Origin: Candidatus Omnitrophota bacterium | GTDB lineage: Bacteria > Omnitrophota > Gorgyraeia > Gygaellales > Profunditerraquicolaceae | Length of the DNA: 52,172 nucleotides | Assembly (NCBI GenBank): GCA_043813255.1 | Contig: JBDRLG010000063.1 | Coordinates: 1-52,172, forward strand | Reading direction: 5' to 3' | In this document: positions 40,345 through 49,780 of the stretch, piece by piece | How the letters are laid out: each line of letters starts with the position of its first letter | Position numbering within the stretch: the stretch's first letter is position 1 | The notes under the pieces: model-generated | The model's database searches: none | Told to the model about the DNA's origin: nothing | Seen by the model: the letters and a program-made list of their open reading frames with translations, nothing else | Translations under genes and position numbers: made by a program

Positions 40345-41319
40345 ATGTTTCATAATATTTTTAGTTTAGATCTTATTCTAGATAGAATTATTTTTCTTGA
40401 TGGTCCAACAAGAGCCGGCAAGTTTTTATTGGGAAAGATAGTTTCAAATTTCATGGGGGTTGAATTTTTTCAGTATTCAGCAGCAGTAGAGCATCTACCA
40501 GTGTTTGCCAGATTATCTATAATGAGCGAGAAAGATGCAATTTCTTATTTTAGGCTGCAAATAAACATGGGTGTTTATGAACGTGCAATAGGGCGAAATC
40601 TTAATACAAGAATAAATGATAGTTCTTGCATTAAGAATTCATCCGAAAAAGGCCTGTATTTCGAACGGGCGCATTCGCAAGATGGGCCAAGTGTTTTAGA
40701 TAAATTGCGGATTGAACAACGAATCCCCTCTTTTATTATACATCAGGGAATGGCCGATATAGATTTTTATCTAAAAGCATGCCCAATGTTGAATATGATA
40801 AATATGAGACGGCATCCGGTAGACCTTGCTTATTCTTGGATTAAGAAGGGGTTTGGTATTCGATATGGGAAAGATCCTTTAGTCTTTGAGCCGCTTTTTT
40901 TAAATAAATTTAATAATCCCGTTCCATGGTTCGCATTAGATTTTGACGATGATTTTACAAAAATGTCCGCGGAAGATAAGTGCATTAAGTCAATTTTTTC
41001 TATTTACAAAGCGGATAAAGCAGCATATATGAGGCTAAACGCAGCAGATAAAAAACAGATACTCTATCTTTGCTATGAAAATTTTTTCTCGAGACCGGCA
41101 TCAGTTATAAATACAATTTCAAAATTTATAAAGAGAGAACCGCGTGAAAATATGGATGAAATCCTATTACGAGAGAAGTGTAACGCGCCGATAAAAATAG
41201 AACTAAGGAAGGAAAAGTTTAAAAAACTTAGTTTAAACGCTTCTCCGCAAGTGTTAGATGAGTTAATTGAGATAGCAAAAGAATATGAGAGTGAATGGCA
41301 TCAAGCTTCTTTTTTATAG
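40345..41319 (+). CDS. Putative sulfotransferase
   Basis: 5'-PSB-like IFLDGPTRAGK, 3'-PB-like RRHPVDLAYSW, and YE..FSRP. Lies directly upstream of PAPS synthesis genes. Confidence 0.72.
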   Translation: MFHNIFSLDLILDRIIFLDGPTRAGKFLLGKIVSNFMGVEFFQYSAAVEHLPVFARLSIMSEKDAISYFRLQINMGVYERAIGRNLNTRINDSSCIKNSSEKGLYFERAHSQDGPSVLDKLRIEQRIPSFIIHQGMADIDFYLKACPMLNMINMRRHPVDLAYSWIKKGFGIRYGKDPLVFEPLFLNKFNNPVPWFALDFDDDFTKMSAEDKCIKSIFSIYKADKAAYMRLNAADKKQILYLCYENFFSRPASVINTISKFIKREPRENMDEILLREKCNAPIKIELRKEKFKKLSLNASPQVLDELIEIAKEYESEWHQASFL

Positions 41320-41340
41320 TTAACTATTACAGGAGATAAA

Positions 41341-43503
41341 ATGAAAGTTCTTTGCACTCTAGGCCCTTCAACTTTAAATGAGATATACCTCAGGCGTTTT
41401 TCCGAGATAAAGGTCGATTTATTACGGATTAATCTTTCTCATACTGAATTAGATTCTCTTGAAGATACCATTCTTTTTATCAGGAAACATACCTCTATCC
41501 CGATATGTTTGGATTCTGAAGGAGCTCAGATTCGAACCGGGCGCTTCATGGAAAATGATGTATATCTTGAAGAAAACAAGGTGGTTCAGCTTAATAAAAA
41601 GATGAACGGCGGAACATCAGATGACTTTTCTTTATATCCAGATTACGTCCTTGATAAATTTGAGCTTGGAGATCTTCTAAGTATAGATTTTAATTCTGCT
41701 GTAATTCAGGTTATAAAACGTGATATCGATGGAAATATGATGGCTAGGGTTTTATCTCCTGGAAAAATAGGCAATAATAAAGCAGTAACGCTCGATAGGG
41801 ATATTGGCCTTTTACCGCTAACCGATAAAGATAAAAAGGCTTTGGCCATAGGGCGAAGGCTTAATATTAATAATGTAGCGCTTTCGTTTGCCGGCTCCAC
41901 CGATGATGTTGAGGAAATAAGGAAGCATTGTATTCCCGGTACTTTTGTAATTTCAAAAATTGAATCAAAAAAAGCACTTAATAATTTAGAGCATATTATT
42001 AATTCCTCGAATGCTATATTGATTGATCGTGGAGATTTATCAAGAGAGGTTGGCGTAGAAAATATACCTTATTGGCAAAAACATATTTTGTATACTTCAA
42101 AAAGGCTAAACAGAGAAGTTTATGTAGCAACAAATTTACTTGAATCAATGGTGACTTCGCCGGTGCCGACGAGAGCCGAGGTGAATGATATTTATAATAC
42201 CATGGTTGACGGCAGTGATGGCCTTGTTCTTGCCGCGGAAACTGCTATTGGCAAGTTCCCATTGCAATGTGTTTCAATGATTCAAAGGATGATTCATTCC
42301 TTTGAGGAAAGAAAAACTTCAATCCCGTCTTTGGATTCATCCGTTGTTTCTTTGGCCTTTTGTCCGCCTCATGGCGGAAAACTGGTTTATAATATTATTA
42401 ATCCGGAAAAGGCCGGCAATATCCATAAATTGCCGTCTCTTATTTTATCGGAAGAAGATATTTTGGATTGTGAACAGATAGCAATTGGGACTTATTCTCC
42501 GATAACAGGGCCAATGACGCAGGAAGAACTGAGTTCTGTTTTGAATGATTTGGTATTGCCGGGTGGGCTAGCCTGGACATTGCCAATCATTCTGCAGGTT
42601 TTTAAAAAAGATATTACGAATTTAGGGGATCCGGATAAGGTGTTATTAAGAGATCGGGATGGAAATGCCAAGGCGATTCTAAATGTTAGTCAAATATACA
42701 AATTAAACATGCCGGAGCTTGTCTATAAGTGGTTTGGAACGAATGATTTAAATCATCCGGGAGTTGATAGAGTTATGCAAAAAGGGGATTGGGCAATTAG
42801 CGGTGAGGTATTATTGCTGAATTATCCGAAAACAACCTTGTATGCCGAATATATGCTTACTCCGCAGAAAATACGTTATATATTAGATAAGAAAGGGTGG
42901 ACTAGCGTTGTAGGTTTTCATACGAGGAATGTCCCGCATAAGGTTCACGAATATATTCAATTGAAGGCTTTGGAAAGGACTCTGTCTGACGGTTTGCTTA
43001 TAACCCCGGTCTCCGGGCCCAAGAAACAGGGGGATTTCAAAATAGGCCCGATAATTAAAAGCTATCAGTGGATGATTGATAATGATATTTTCCCGAAAAA
43101 TAAGGCCATGGTATCGTGTTTTAATACTTATTCCAGATATTCAGGCCAGAGAGAAGCTGTGTTCACTGCGCTTTGTAGGAAGAATATGGGGTGTAATTAT
43201 TTCATAATCGGCAGGGATCATACCGGAGTAGGAAACCACTATAGTTCGGTTGATGTAAAAAAAATTTTTAACAGGGTAGGTAATATCGGGATAACACCGG
43301 TATTCTTTGACGAAATATCATTTAATCATGAGGAGAATTTGTATCAGGAAGGCACTTACAGGAATAATAAAAGTATAAGCGGAGCCCAAGCCAGAGAATC
43401 TCTTAAGTTATTTAAAAAGCTGCCTGAGTGGTTTATGCGGGAAGAAATACAGGATATTATTTTTGATCATCTTCGTAAAGATGTTTCGGGAGTATTTTAT
43501 TAA
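41341..43503 (+). CDS. Pyruvate kinase::sulfate adenylyltransferase (Sat-type) fusion
   Basis: Residues 1 to ~325: CTLGPS, RINLSH, IRTG, SKIES, RGDL, LESM, PTRAE, ETAIGKFP. From ~342: PHGGKL, HTRNVPHKVH, RYSGQREA, RKNMGC, IGRDHTGVG. Confidence 0.92.
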   Translation: MKVLCTLGPSTLNEIYLRRFSEIKVDLLRINLSHTELDSLEDTILFIRKHTSIPICLDSEGAQIRTGRFMENDVYLEENKVVQLNKKMNGGTSDDFSLYPDYVLDKFELGDLLSIDFNSAVIQVIKRDIDGNMMARVLSPGKIGNNKAVTLDRDIGLLPLTDKDKKALAIGRRLNINNVALSFAGSTDDVEEIRKHCIPGTFVISKIESKKALNNLEHIINSSNAILIDRGDLSREVGVENIPYWQKHILYTSKRLNREVYVATNLLESMVTSPVPTRAEVNDIYNTMVDGSDGLVLAAETAIGKFPLQCVSMIQRMIHSFEERKTSIPSLDSSVVSLAFCPPHGGKLVYNIINPEKAGNIHKLPSLILSEEDILDCEQIAIGTYSPITGPMTQEELSSVLNDLVLPGGLAWTLPIILQVFKKDITNLGDPDKVLLRDRDGNAKAILNVSQIYKLNMPELVYKWFGTNDLNHPGVDRVMQKGDWAISGEVLLLNYPKTTLYAEYMLTPQKIRYILDKKGWTSVVGFHTRNVPHKVHEYIQLKALERTLSDGLLITPVSGPKKQGDFKIGPIIKSYQWMIDNDIFPKNKAMVSCFNTYSRYSGQREAVFTALCRKNMGCNYFIIGRDHTGVGNHYSSVDVKKIFNRVGNIGITPVFFDEISFNHEENLYQEGTYRNNKSISGAQARESLKLFKKLPEWFMREEIQDIIFDHLRKDVSGVFY

Positions 43504-44039
43504 TGAGAAGGGGTTTAGTATTTTGGTTTACCGGGCTTTCCGGTTCCGGCAAGACAACTGTTGCCCTGAAAGTGAAAAACAGGCTTGAATCTAATAGTTT
43601 AGCCTGTTTGATTGTAGATGGAGATTTAGTCCGCGCGAAACACGTAAAACCTCTTGGTTTTTGCAGAAAGGATATACAGCTTAATAATATTATTATAGCA
43701 GGCCATTGTTTATTAAATAGAGACAATTATGATATAATTCTTGTGCCGGTGATATCTCCGCTTGAGGAGGTCAGGGCATTTGTTAGGAAAAGGCTTACCC
43801 CGAATTTTTATTTGGTTTATTTTTCAGCGGATTTAAAGTCTGTGATCAGGCGGGATGTAAAGAAACTATATCAGAAAGCTCAAGATGGGTTGATTACGAA
43901 TATGATTGGATTTTCATCCGGCTCCCCGTATGAAGCCCCGTTGTCTCATGATTTGATTATAGACAGTTCTGATGGAAGAGAAAGTGTGGATGAATCTGTA
44001 GAAAAATTATATTCTTTTATTGTATCCAAAATATCATGA
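43503..44039 (+). CDS. cysC: Adenylyl-sulfate (APS) kinase
   Basis: WFTGLSGSGKTT, DGD, LGF, ISP, RDVKKLY, PYEAP. Confidence 0.92.
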   Translation: MRRGLVFWFTGLSGSGKTTVALKVKNRLESNSLACLIVDGDLVRAKHVKPLGFCRKDIQLNNIIIAGHCLLNRDNYDIILVPVISPLEEVRAFVRKRLTPNFYLVYFSADLKSVIRRDVKKLYQKAQDGLITNMIGFSSGSPYEAPLSHDLIIDSSDGRESVDESVEKLYSFIVSKIS

Positions 44040-45208
44040 TGAATAAGTTAAAAAATAAAACAATTCCTTTATCGGAGCCTTTTCTGTGCGGGAACGAATG
44101 GAAATATGTAAAAGAATGTTTTGATACCGGATGGGTTTCTTCGTCAGGAAAGTATGTTGAAACATTTGAGAAGATTACTTCCCGTTATGTAGGGCGAAAG
44201 TATGGAGTGGCGTGCGCGAGTTGCACGGCTGCTCTGCACATATCCCTTATTCTCGCAGGTATTGGCCCGGAGGATGAAGTTATTATGCCAGTGTTAACCT
44301 TTGTTGCTCCGGCGAACGCGGTCCGTTATACAGGAGCTTATCCGGTATTTATGGATGTCTGTTTAGGTACATGGCAATTGGATATAGAAAAGGTGGCTGT
44401 ATTTCTAAAAAAGGAATGCCGTTGGGGTAAAGACGGGCTGGTGAATAAGCATACCCGCAGAAAAGTCAAAGCAATCTTGCCGGTACATGTGATGGGCCAT
44501 CCGGTAGATATGGATTCGCTTATGGATATAGCAAGAGAATACGGATTGGCGGTTATTGAGGACGCGGCGGAGAGTTTGGGCGCGGAATACAGAGGTAAAA
44601 AAGTTGGCCGGCATGGGATTTTTGCCTGTTTGAGTTTTAATGGTAATAAGGTTATTACCTGCGGCGGCGGCGGAATGATTGTTGCGGATGATAAAGAACT
44701 TGCTGAACGGGCGCGGTATCTTACTACCCAAGCCAAAGATGACCCAATCGAAAATATTCATGGCGCGGTTGGGTACAATTACCGTTTGACGAATATTCAA
44801 GCCGCAATGGGAGTAGCGCAGATGGAGCAGATTGAGCGGTATATTTTAAAAAAGAGAAAAATAGCATTGTTGTATCGCAAGGGATTGGAAGGTATTCCGG
44901 GGATTATTCATCAGGCTGAGAATCACGGAGTAATGCCTTCTTATTGGTTGTATACGGTGCTTATTGATAATAAATTATACGGCAGAGATAGCCGCGCGTT
45001 GATGTCGGCGTTAAAATCTAACGGTATAGAAGCACGCCCTTTTTGGCATCCGCTTTACAGCCAGAAGATATTTACGGATTGTTATGCTTATGAAATTATT
45101 GCCGCGGATCGTATTTATGCGGACGGTTTGAGCCTGCCTTCGTCGGTTAATTTATCTTTACAGGATCAAAAGCGCGTTATTGCGCTGATCCGTTCAGCCC
45201 AGAGGTAG
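44036..45208 (+). CDS. DegT-family sugar aminotransferase (LegC type)
   Basis: IPLSEP, GWVSSSG, TFVAPANA, EDAAESLG, SFNGNKVITCGGGG, GYNYRLTN. Confidence 0.92.
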   Translation: MMNKLKNKTIPLSEPFLCGNEWKYVKECFDTGWVSSSGKYVETFEKITSRYVGRKYGVACASCTAALHISLILAGIGPEDEVIMPVLTFVAPANAVRYTGAYPVFMDVCLGTWQLDIEKVAVFLKKECRWGKDGLVNKHTRRKVKAILPVHVMGHPVDMDSLMDIAREYGLAVIEDAAESLGAEYRGKKVGRHGIFACLSFNGNKVITCGGGGMIVADDKELAERARYLTTQAKDDPIENIHGAVGYNYRLTNIQAAMGVAQMEQIERYILKKRKIALLYRKGLEGIPGIIHQAENHGVMPSYWLYTVLIDNKLYGRDSRALMSALKSNGIEARPFWHPLYSQKIFTDCYAYEIIAADRIYADGLSLPSSVNLSLQDQKRVIALIRSAQR

Positions 45209-45210
45209 TT

Positions 45211-47313
45211 ATGCTGTGTATTATTGAGAAATTAACCGTGCCGTCACTCTTTATGAATGTTTTCCCGCGATTGAGAGATTTGCGTAAAGAAAGAGCAAGG
45301 GGTAGTTTTTCGGCGTATTACATTGACGCCGCGCCTTGGGCAATCTATTGGGCTAATTTTATTGGCCGGTGTTTAAGAGTTGAATTTAAGCGTTTGGATT
45401 TTCGGTTGATTGATATTTTCGCGGATAATGGTGATTTGGCGTATTTAAAGATTACTTACGCGGATCTTTTTCATATCCTTTCCAGGATTAATCGTTCAGC
45501 CGAATTTCAATTAATTAGCCGAAAGGCCAGCTCTCAAGAAAAACGAATTGTTTTTTTTCTTGCTAAACAGACAATAATTTCTTTTTATCATGACGGAGAT
45601 ATTCTTCGTCGCCTTTTATACTTGGTTTATCTTGCACAATGTAAGGCAAAACAGGATAAAATGCTTTCGCGGCCAGTATGCCTTTTTGTTAAGAAACGTT
45701 TGTGGATGGAAGAAGTGAAAGATTATATCCGTGGTTGGGGCGTCCAGTTGGAGCCTATGCGGATGCGGACTGTTTGGGGATGGAAAAAACTGATTACCGT
45801 TTTTTTCGGTGAAGTAAGGCTTCGTTCGTTGTTGTATCTTTATCGTTGTTATGGTATTAGAACTTTTTTTGCCACCCAATCTTGTTTTGCTGAAGCGAAG
45901 CGTACTGAAGATGCCTTTGTTTTTCCTTACTCCGGTAAAATAAGCCGGTTGATGGTTGAATATAATGGGCATTTAAATATTGATAATCCGCAGATGCATT
46001 CCGACCTTTTTTTTGCTCAGCAATCCGGTTTTCGCAGGGAAGATATTCTTGTCGTGTTTAATTATCCGGGGGACCCATTTGATCAGGCTAAGGCGGATGT
46101 ATTAAAGGCTTTTGGGATGAGCGCAGTTGCGCTTAATCCGAAAGCGACGACGTTTTCTCCCCGAGGCATTTTTCATTATAGCCCTTCGTTTAATTGCCGT
46201 GGGCTTGCCGATATCTCAAACAACCCCGTTAGAATAGATGAAAGTGATTGGTTAAATCTTCAGATGGAGAATTATCGTTCTCAGGCGGCGTACTGGCGCG
46301 CGTTTTTTAAGAGGTTTCATGTTAGTGTTTATTTTTCCTGGTATAAAAATGAAGCTTTGCATGCGGTTATCGCGGATGTCATTCATGAATTAGGCGGCGT
46401 GTCAGCGCTTTATCAGCGGTCGTTTGAAAGCGAGCCTTCTGCCGAAACCGCGGTTAATGTAGATCTCTTTTTTGGTTTTTCAAATGAGGCGGCACAGATT
46501 GAAAAGGCTTCAGGATCCGTGATTCCTTATTATGTTATAACCGGTTATAATGGCGATCACCGTTTTAAGTTTGTTGAGAATAAATCTTTTGAGGTGCGCA
46601 AACAATTATTGAAGAATGGAGCAAAGTATGTTATTGCATTTTTTGATGAGAATTCTAGGCCGGATACCCGCTCGCATACCGGTCATCAGTTTATGCGCGT
46701 GAATTATGAATTTCTTCTTCGACGGGCATTGGAAGATCGTTCATTGGGACTGGTATTTAAACCAAAGGTGCCTAAAACTCTCCGTCAGCGCCTAGGCCAG
46801 GTTGCGGAGTTATTGAAGGAGTTAGAATCTCAAGGCCGGTGTTTTGTGTTTGAAACTGGCGCGGTACAAGGGTCATATCCTCCTGCTGTGGCCGCGAAAG
46901 CGGCCGATGTCGCGGTTCATGGGCATTTGCACGCGGCGACAGCCGGTATTGAATCAGCTTTAGCTGGAGTCCCGACGGTATTTTTGGATAGAGAAGGATG
47001 GCCTTCGTGTTCGCTTTACGCGCACGGTACGGAAGGAAAAATTATTTTTCGCTCATGGGAAAGCCTTTGGCCGAATTTAAGCGGACACCTGAAGCATCCT
47101 GGTAGCGTTCACGGATTCGCGGATTGGTCAGGCCTGTTGGATATACTCGACCCTTTTCGCGACGGCCGCGCGTCCGAACGTATTGGTAATTATTTGTCTT
47201 GGGTTATGGATGGGTTGCGCGCGGGGCATCCCCGTAATCAGGTACTTGATGATGTGGCTCAGCGCTACGCACGGATGTGGGGAAAAGATAAGGTTATCGC
47301 GATCAATGTTTGA
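45211..47313 (+). CDS. Uncharacterised glycan-biosynthesis protein, possible GT-B-like C-terminus
   Basis: 700-aa ORF in the operon. IAFFDE, VFKPK, TAGIESALAGVP, DPFRDGRA resemble GT-B tails. Confidence 0.6.
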   Translation: MLCIIEKLTVPSLFMNVFPRLRDLRKERARGSFSAYYIDAAPWAIYWANFIGRCLRVEFKRLDFRLIDIFADNGDLAYLKITYADLFHILSRINRSAEFQLISRKASSQEKRIVFFLAKQTIISFYHDGDILRRLLYLVYLAQCKAKQDKMLSRPVCLFVKKRLWMEEVKDYIRGWGVQLEPMRMRTVWGWKKLITVFFGEVRLRSLLYLYRCYGIRTFFATQSCFAEAKRTEDAFVFPYSGKISRLMVEYNGHLNIDNPQMHSDLFFAQQSGFRREDILVVFNYPGDPFDQAKADVLKAFGMSAVALNPKATTFSPRGIFHYSPSFNCRGLADISNNPVRIDESDWLNLQMENYRSQAAYWRAFFKRFHVSVYFSWYKNEALHAVIADVIHELGGVSALYQRSFESEPSAETAVNVDLFFGFSNEAAQIEKASGSVIPYYVITGYNGDHRFKFVENKSFEVRKQLLKNGAKYVIAFFDENSRPDTRSHTGHQFMRVNYEFLLRRALEDRSLGLVFKPKVPKTLRQRLGQVAELLKELESQGRCFVFETGAVQGSYPPAVAAKAADVAVHGHLHAATAGIESALAGVPTVFLDREGWPSCSLYAHGTEGKIIFRSWESLWPNLSGHLKHPGSVHGFADWSGLLDILDPFRDGRASERIGNYLSWVMDGLRAGHPRNQVLDDVAQRYARMWGKDKVIAINV

Positions 47314-47354
47314 TTTATTCTATTAATAACAAAGGAAAGGGTTTATTCTCTTAG

Positions 47355-48929
47355 ATGCAAAAGAATATAAATTTGAATGAAGAACAATATCAATCTCTCT
47401 GTGAGGCTTGTGACAGTATACTGACAGCACAGGATTCAACGATCGAACGAATTGCTATTTCATGGCTGCATGTAATTCGTGAACACCCTGTCTTTATGGC
47501 ACATTATATTGATCTTTTTCAACCTAACAATGGCATTATAGCGAATGTTCGTAAATGGTGGCGGGTTTTCCGCCGCCGGGCGGGTTGGGTTAGGCAGTTG
47601 TTGATGTCTATCCAGGTAGGTACCCGTCCATGGTTTGGTCCGGATAATCTCCATGGTAATATCGATGTTTTGTTTATTTCTCATTTGTTGAATCCTTCCC
47701 ATGCAGGCAGAGATGATGATTTTTATTTTGGCAGCCTGCCAAATAAAATAACTGCCCAAGGGTATTCCGCAGTAATCGCTTTGATTAATCATTCCGGACA
47801 GCCTGCCGCGCGTTTCGCGGATAAGTGGGACAGCAGAGTTGTGCAGAGAGTAGTTTTATCCGACGCGCTTAGTTTTTTAGAAGAAGTATCTCTTTATTGG
47901 CGCCTTAAGATGGAATCTTTTAGGTTAAGGAAACTTGCTAAAAAAGAGGGGCAGGGGTTAAAACGGCGTGTTTTTATTCGGGCTTCCGAAGAAACTTTAT
48001 CGGGTAAATCTCTTTCAACTTTACGAATGGCCACGCAGATAGCTTCATTGGCAGTAAAGGTACAGCCGAAAGTAATCGTAGTCATGCATGAGGGGCATGC
48101 GTGGGAACGGGTGTCATTGGCTGCTGTCCGCAGTGCTGTTCCCGAAGTGCGCTGTATTGGCTACCAGCATGCCGCGTTATTTCGCCTTCAGCATGCAATT
48201 AGGAGAAATCTTTCTCGCGAATACAATCCTGACCATATATTCACGGCGGGAACTATTTCTAAAACACAGTTGGACCGCGCGCCAAGACTGAATGGAATTC
48301 CAGTATCTGTGCTGGGGTCCAATCGTAACCTTAAAAATCAGGCGATTAATCAATCCGGGCTTATTTATCCGCGGGCAGCGCGGGCTGATTATCCAGCCTG
48401 TTTGGTAATCCCTGAAGGGTATTTAACCGAATATAAAATTTTGTTTACTTTTGCTTTAGTTTGCGCGGGAATAGCGCCTCAAATTAATTTTATTTTTCGG
48501 GTTCATCCGATTTTGTCATTTGATTCCATTAAAAAACAGGATAAAAAATTTCAAGATCTGCCGAAAAATATAAGACTTTCCAACGTGTCGCTTGAAGATG
48601 ATTTTGCCCGCTGCCGATGGGCTTTATATAGAGGTAGTACCGCGGCTGTGCAGGCAACTCTTTTTGGACTGCGCCCTATCTATTTGGAACTTCCGGGCGA
48701 GTTAACAATAGACCCTCTTTATGAATTGAAGGATTGGCGTTCGGTAATTAAAACGCCTGAGGAATTTCTTCAGGTTATAAAAATATATCCGTATGATAAA
48801 CATAAAGATTTGCAAGAGGCATATCAAAAAGCTCATGACTATTGCGCGCGATTCTACTGCTCTCTAAATGATGCCGCGTTTGTAAAAGAGCTTGCCATGT
48901 TCGCAAGAAAAAAGGGAGAGCATTCATGA
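47355..48929 (+). CDS. Uncharacterised glycan-biosynthesis protein, possible glycosyltransferase
   Basis: EGHAWER, GYQHA, PDHIF, FRVHP, STAAVQA. The HP and ST motifs are as in GT-B nonulosonate transferase-like proteins. Confidence 0.6.
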   Translation: MQKNINLNEEQYQSLCEACDSILTAQDSTIERIAISWLHVIREHPVFMAHYIDLFQPNNGIIANVRKWWRVFRRRAGWVRQLLMSIQVGTRPWFGPDNLHGNIDVLFISHLLNPSHAGRDDDFYFGSLPNKITAQGYSAVIALINHSGQPAARFADKWDSRVVQRVVLSDALSFLEEVSLYWRLKMESFRLRKLAKKEGQGLKRRVFIRASEETLSGKSLSTLRMATQIASLAVKVQPKVIVVMHEGHAWERVSLAAVRSAVPEVRCIGYQHAALFRLQHAIRRNLSREYNPDHIFTAGTISKTQLDRAPRLNGIPVSVLGSNRNLKNQAINQSGLIYPRAARADYPACLVIPEGYLTEYKILFTFALVCAGIAPQINFIFRVHPILSFDSIKKQDKKFQDLPKNIRLSNVSLEDDFARCRWALYRGSTAAVQATLFGLRPIYLELPGELTIDPLYELKDWRSVIKTPEEFLQVIKIYPYDKHKDLQEAYQKAHDYCARFYCSLNDAAFVKELAMFARKKGEHS

Positions 48930-49738
48930 AGGTTATTCTTCTTACGCGTCGGTCAGCGTTCCAAATTTATTGCGCTAACCGGTTATGGAAAAAAGGCCTT
49001 CTTCAGTTGGTGATTTTTGAAAATGGGAACTCATATGCCGGTAACCGCGCTTTTTCCGGAATATCGGATTTTTTCAAAAAGCTGACAAAAGGGTTTGCTT
49101 TGTTATTAAGCAATCCAATCAACATAGTGAATTACGCGGATAAGTATTTGAACCATAAGAAATATTATGGCCATCAAGAGTTTCATAATCAACGATTGTT
49201 AAAAAATAACTATATGGATACAGAAAATGGAATGCCTATAGTAAACGTTTCGGATATAAATTCAGATGAAGTTAATAAAATTATTCAGGAATATAAGCCG
49301 GATCTTGTTTTTGTCTTTGGAACCAGATTAATAAAACCGCATATATTTAAAAACAGGCCTATACCGTTTGTTAATATGCATTGGGGGTGGAGCCCTGATT
49401 ATCGCGCGGAAGGCATTGTGACAGCATTGGCATATGGAGGGCCGGATGCTTTAGGAGTAACGGTCCACCTTTTGAACGCTGGTATTGATAGTGGCGATAT
49501 CCTTTATCAATTAAGGCCGGTTTTAGATGTAAATGACAACTTTTATTCTATCGGTTTAAAGCTTGCTTTACTCGGCATTAAGTTGTTCGCCAAGTGCGCT
49601 GAATCGTTAGGTGAAAACGGATACCTGTCCGGTACCCCGCAGGACCTTTCCGTGAGCGCTTTTTACGGTTCAAAATATATGCGAAAACACGCGGAACTAT
49701 ATAGGATGGCATGGAAGAATTTGCAAAATGCCGTATAG
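48926..49738 (+). CDS. Formyltransferase-family protein
   Basis: PDL, NMHWGWSPDYR, GVTVH, GIDSGDIL. Confidence 0.85.
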   Translation: MKVILLTRRSAFQIYCANRLWKKGLLQLVIFENGNSYAGNRAFSGISDFFKKLTKGFALLLSNPINIVNYADKYLNHKKYYGHQEFHNQRLLKNNYMDTENGMPIVNVSDINSDEVNKIIQEYKPDLVFVFGTRLIKPHIFKNRPIPFVNMHWGWSPDYRAEGIVTALAYGGPDALGVTVHLLNAGIDSGDILYQLRPVLDVNDNFYSIGLKLALLGIKLFAKCAESLGENGYLSGTPQDLSVSAFYGSKYMRKHAELYRMAWKNLQNAV

Positions 49739-49780
49739 CTTATATCAGGGCAACCAGCCCAGCAATGGTCTACTAACATA

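Noticed and set aside
41341-44039. Sulfate assimilation or dissimilatory sulfate reduction
   Set aside because: No APS/PAPS reductase or sulfite reductase is present; the context points to PAPS for a sulfotransferase.
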